Shown one piece after another: positions 61,076-64,000 of a DNA stretch of 64,000 nt. This DNA comes from Candidatus Latescibacterota bacterium (GTDB lineage Bacteria; Latescibacterota; UBA2968; UBA8231). The DNA is taken from contig OZ253462.1 in assembly GCA_965261395.1 (NCBI GenBank), positions 5,088,001-5,152,000 of the forward strand, read 5' to 3'. Position 1 is the stretch's first letter, and every line of letters begins with the position of its first letter. A model generated the notes under the pieces. It had not been told where the DNA came from and searched no databases. It saw only the letters and a program-made list of their open reading frames with translations. A program made the translations under genes and the position numbers.

Positions 61076-62085
61076 CAGATCAAATTCTCTGTAATAGAGC
61101 CGACATACCAAGCCTTGAAGGTATTGCTGTAAAAGGTGTCCGAATTTACCCGCTTGGCGAAGTTCTTGTGCGTCACGTAGAGTACCATCGGTGTTGTGCT
61201 CGTATCAACAACCATACAATTCGCCTGGTTGTTGGTTATATAGGAGAGTTCTCGATGCCGCCATGCAGAGTAAGCTAGATGCTCAGAACGTGCATTCCCG
61301 AAGAATGTCAGGGTTGGATTGAGTGTATCAAGGAACTCATACGAACGTCCAGAATCACGGCCATGGTGAGGCGCAATTAGCAGATCGATATTATTCACGT
61401 AGTTCCGATAATTTTCAAGAATGTGTGCCCATGTGTCGTCGTGCGAGTCTCCACCGAAGACAATACGGTTATCTCCTATTCGATAAAGAAGCACGTAAGA
61501 GCAATCGTTGTAATCCTGGTCCGTCTTGTTCGCAGAATCTATAAGTTCCTCAGTTGGAGCAAGGATGTGAAGGCCATCGCCCCCAGAAGAGCCGTCGTCT
61601 CCAATGTTCCAATATTGTCCTTCTGCGCTAGCTAATAATGCTAGTCGCTTCGGGTCGTCGTCTGGTTTCGTATCCCGCAACTCCTTGTAGAACTTCCAGT
61701 CATCCTCGTTATATGGCGAGTTCTCCCATGACGACTTATCCATCTCTTTCTTGTTATCTGTATCCCAAAAATTGACAGGTCTAAACTCGTCAAATAAAGC
61801 CTTGATCCCATCCATGTGATCCATATCGGGGTGTGTCTGAATGTACCGGAAAATGCTGGTGATACTATGGTCCTGTAAGTAACTGATGGGATTAACCGGA
61901 TGTTTTTTCTGTTGAAAATTTCCACGGACACCCATCTCAAGCTGCGCCGTTTTGGCGGTCGATTCTTCAGTCAGTACGTCCGGTGGTTTTGCATTACAGA
62001 CATCGATCACCGTTATATGCCCAGAATTGTGGTTAATAACTGAACAGTCGCCTTGCTTAACGTTTAGGAAGTGAATTATCGCCAT
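61075..62085 (-). CDS. ComEC/Rec2-like MBL-fold hydrolase 1
   Basis: IHFLNVKQGDC, THPDMDHMDG, FGGDS, APHHG. Confidence 0.88.
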   Translation of the reverse strand: MAIIHFLNVKQGDCSVINHNSGHITVIDVCNAKPPDVLTEESTAKTAQLEMGVRGNFQQKKHPVNPISYLQDHSITSIFRYIQTHPDMDHMDGIKALFDEFRPVNFWDTDNKKEMDKSSWENSPYNEDDWKFYKELRDTKPDDDPKRLALLASAEGQYWNIGDDGSSGGDGLHILAPTEELIDSANKTDQDYNDCSYVLLYRIGDNRIVFGGDSHDDTWAHILENYRNYVNNIDLLIAPHHGRDSGRSYEFLDTLNPTLTFFGNARSEHLAYSAWRHRELSYITNNQANCMVVDTSTTPMVLYVTHKNFAKRVNSDTFYSNTFKAWYVGSITENLI

Positions 62086-62803
62086 CCTCTACCTCCAAAT
62101 CTAGAGAAGCTTCTAAGAGGAAGTGAGCATAACGATCAGCAGTTATCCTAACTGCTCCCTCTGTAAACCACCGAATCCAGACTAACGTTAATCCAAAATT
62201 AATAGATCCGGGGACGATAGTTAGACCCGATAGATTTTCTGTTTTCCAATCGTCAAAGCCCATTATTAGACAGACTGAGAAAGATAAAGCAGCAATCGTT
62301 AGACCGTAAGGTTTCAAGGCGAATATGTTGCGCCGGAACCCATAGTCCCTTAGTTCTTCAAAAATTCGTGGGAAACGTTCTCTATCGCGTGTTCGGCGGC
62401 GGAGTTCATAGACGCAAGATTCATAATAGTCGTCTGCCGCCTGCGGATTCTGTTCCTGTTCTTCCCGAGAAGGAATGTAAAATCCAAGACTACGAAGCTT
62501 GTCGTGGATGCGGTTACGGGTAATCTGGTTGAATTCTGTATTGCCATGCCTAAGGAGACGCGTTGTTGGTGGCCCATCCCATTTATCCCATAGAGCACTT
62601 TCGCGCTTTTTCCCTAAGTCTCCACCTATTTGCTTGCATAGATAGGAAAGAGGTAAAAGAACGAAGGAAGCTAATCCCCCAAGTTGCCAATCAATCCCTT
62701 CCGGTAGAATAGAAAACAGAACCAACGCAACCGGCACAATAGTTATGTAGACTGGAAAAGCCCGTGCGTAAGCGAAGTAAGGATTTAATCTAAGTCCTTT
62801 CAT
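62057..62803 (-). CDS. Uncharacterised 2+2 TM membrane protein
   Basis: RBS AGGAGG; two N-terminal and two C-terminal hydrophobic helices around a soluble domain (WDGPPTTRLLR, RTRD..F..YGFRRN). Confidence 0.8.
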   Translation of the reverse strand: MKGLRLNPYFAYARAFPVYITIVPVALVLFSILPEGIDWQLGGLASFVLLPLSYLCKQIGGDLGKKRESALWDKWDGPPTTRLLRHGNTEFNQITRNRIHDKLRSLGFYIPSREEQEQNPQAADDYYESCVYELRRRTRDRERFPRIFEELRDYGFRRNIFALKPYGLTIAALSFSVCLIMGFDDWKTENLSGLTIVPGSINFGLTLVWIRWFTEGAVRITADRYAHFLLEASLDLEVEDGDNSLPKR

Positions 62804-62849
62804 ACCATCCTCCTGATGGTTAGCGGATTTACTGTGCATAAGTGATTTT

Positions 62850-62945
62850 CATACCATCGGCATCTTCACTATCGACCAATCATTCCTCCCGATCCGTATC
62901 TTCAAACACGTCTCAGGTTTCCTCATTGAGCGGCTTCCACGGCAA
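62850..62945 (-). pseudogene. Degraded RelB/DinJ antitoxin fragment
   Basis: NEET*DVFEDTDREE*LVDSEDADGM, homologous to the antitoxin end at 63937-64000. Confidence 0.65.
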
Positions 62946-63187
62946 ACTTCTCCCACACCTCAACATCCAACCCAACCCGTTTGCGCCCGGTCGGCGGCGA
63001 CCCGCTGGCTTAAGGTGGTGCTGCAAAGAAAGCCCGCCGCAGTCAGGGCGGTGGCTTTGATTTCCGTAGCGCCACCTTTTCAGCCATCGTGCTCCCTTTA
63101 CGCGTCGAGATCGGTCATCGCTCCTAGGGTGCGTCTGGGAAATCCAATCTGGCGCGACCGCAAGCCGCGATCACCCCACGAGCCTAA

Positions 63188-63250
63188 ACCAGTGCGAACC
63201 AGATGCAATTCGGCTCCTTGGACGCGGTAAATCAAGAGCCAGTCCGGCTC
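63188..63250 (-). pseudogene. C-terminal fragment of a YafQ/RelE-family toxin
   Basis: EPDWLLIYRVQGAELHLVRTG; no N-terminal half and no following SHSDLF. Confidence 0.75.
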
Positions 63251-63292
63251 GGTCGCAGGCTCAACGTTCGGCTTGGACCAAACTTGCATCAT

Positions 63293-63310
63293 GGTACTTC
63301 TTTTAGTACC
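63293..63310. promoter_or_regulatory. Putative HicB operator
   Basis: Palindrome GGTACT-N6-AGTACC within TTGCAT-N17-TACCGT upstream of hicA. Confidence 0.55.
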
Positions 63311-63321
63311 GTTAAATCGTC

Positions 63322-63576
63322 ATGCGAGCGAAGCATCAGCGCACGCTGGAGAGTGTGCTCAAGACGCCGACGCCAGCAGCCATCCGGTGGACTGACATCG
63401 TCGCCATGCTGAAGGCAGCAGGCGTGGAGGTGTCTCAGCGTTCGGGGTCGCGCATTCTGCTGAAGAAGGGAGCAGAACGGATGGTAGTTCACCGACCCCA
63501 TCCAGAGCCAGAGACTGGTAGAGCGACGGTGCGCGACATCGTCGTGTTCCTCAAAGCCGTAGGAGTCAAGCCATGA
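63322..63576 (+). CDS. hicA: HicA family toxin
   Basis: KHQRTLESV..IRWTDI..SGSRI..VHRPHP. Confidence 0.9.
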   Translation: MRAKHQRTLESVLKTPTPAAIRWTDIVAMLKAAGVEVSQRSGSRILLKKGAERMVVHRPHPEPETGRATVRDIVVFLKAVGVKP

Positions 63577-63905
63577 TTCAGTACAAAGGATACGCTGCCG
63601 AGGTCGAATTCGACGATTCCGTGGGATGTCTTCACGGACGGGTCGTCAACAGCGGTGCTTATTCGATTGCCACCTTTGAGGCAACTGACGTCGAGGGGAT
63701 TCGGCGCGAGTTCCATCGCTCCATCGACGAGTATCTCAAGTCCTGTGAGGAAGACGGCATTGAGCCGCGAAGGCCTTTCTCAGGCAAGCTCAACGTTCGG
63801 CTCGGGACAAACTTGCATCAGCGCGTTGCGCGCTCGGCGGCAGAGAGCGGTCTGAGCTTGAATAGCTGGATCACGCAAGCACTGGAGAAGAGCGTGTCCG
63901 AGTAA
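63573..63905 (+). CDS. hicB: HicB family antitoxin
   Basis: YKGYAAEVEFD, SIDEYL, RPFSGKLNVR, SLNSWI RHH; ATGA overlap with hicA. Confidence 0.92.
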   Translation: MIQYKGYAAEVEFDDSVGCLHGRVVNSGAYSIATFEATDVEGIRREFHRSIDEYLKSCEEDGIEPRRPFSGKLNVRLGTNLHQRVARSAAESGLSLNSWITQALEKSVSE

Positions 63906-63936
63906 CCCTGTCAACAACCACCAGAGGGACGCCGCA

Positions 63937-64000
63937 TCAAATATTGAGCTTCTGAAACATGTCATCGGCGTCTTCACATTCGACCAATTCTTCCCCTCGA
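63937..64000 (-). CDS. 3' end of a RelB/DinJ family antitoxin (runs off the window)
   Basis: RGEELVECEDADDMFQKLNI*; stop overlaps an ATG (TGATG). Confidence 0.6.
   Translation of the reverse strand, partial: RGEELVECEDADDMFQKLNI

Noticed and set aside
60296-62085. Competence (ComEC) or antibiotic-resistance beta-lactamases
   Set aside because: No membrane competence domain, no signal peptides, and the motifs are not class B beta-lactamase HxHxD type.
1-64000. CRISPR arrays, tRNA/rRNA genes, IS elements, prophage
   Set aside because: No regularly spaced repeats, cloverleaf motifs, transposase, integrase or phage structural genes recognised by eye.

Overview
GC-rich chromosomal segment from a diderm bacterium (TolC, lipoproteins, an outer-membrane porin; the gene content is loosely FCB-superphylum-like, which is inference only). 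Most of it is housekeeping or metabolic: a futalosine-pathway menaquinone cluster (ubiE/menG-mqnE-mqnC-mqnA-ubiA-like), a nitrogen-assimilation cluster (NifA-like activator, amtB-glnK-porin-glnA), a fused 2-oxoacid:ferredoxin oxidoreductase, rpiA, a TRAP transporter, peptidases and sugar enzymes. Three sigma54 promoters lie in 33.7-37.9 kb, one of them upstream of an alternative sigma70 gene. Two AT-richer accessory blocks stand out. (1) 19.66-27.42 kb is an integrase-free defence island bounded by degenerate ~40-bp direct repeats. It holds Fic, a GHKL-nuclease plus C5-MTase pair, VapBC, a duplicated Fic fragment, and a decaying Schlafen/AlbA_2-HATPase plus ParA pair. (2) 60.2-64 kb holds a translationally coupled membrane protein plus two ComEC-type metallo-beta-lactamase hydrolases, the best candidate here for an undescribed defence or nucleotide-signalling module, followed by nested and broken toxin-antitoxin modules. 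I saw no rRNA, tRNA, CRISPR array, transposase or integrase. All assignments come from reading motifs by eye, not from database searches.
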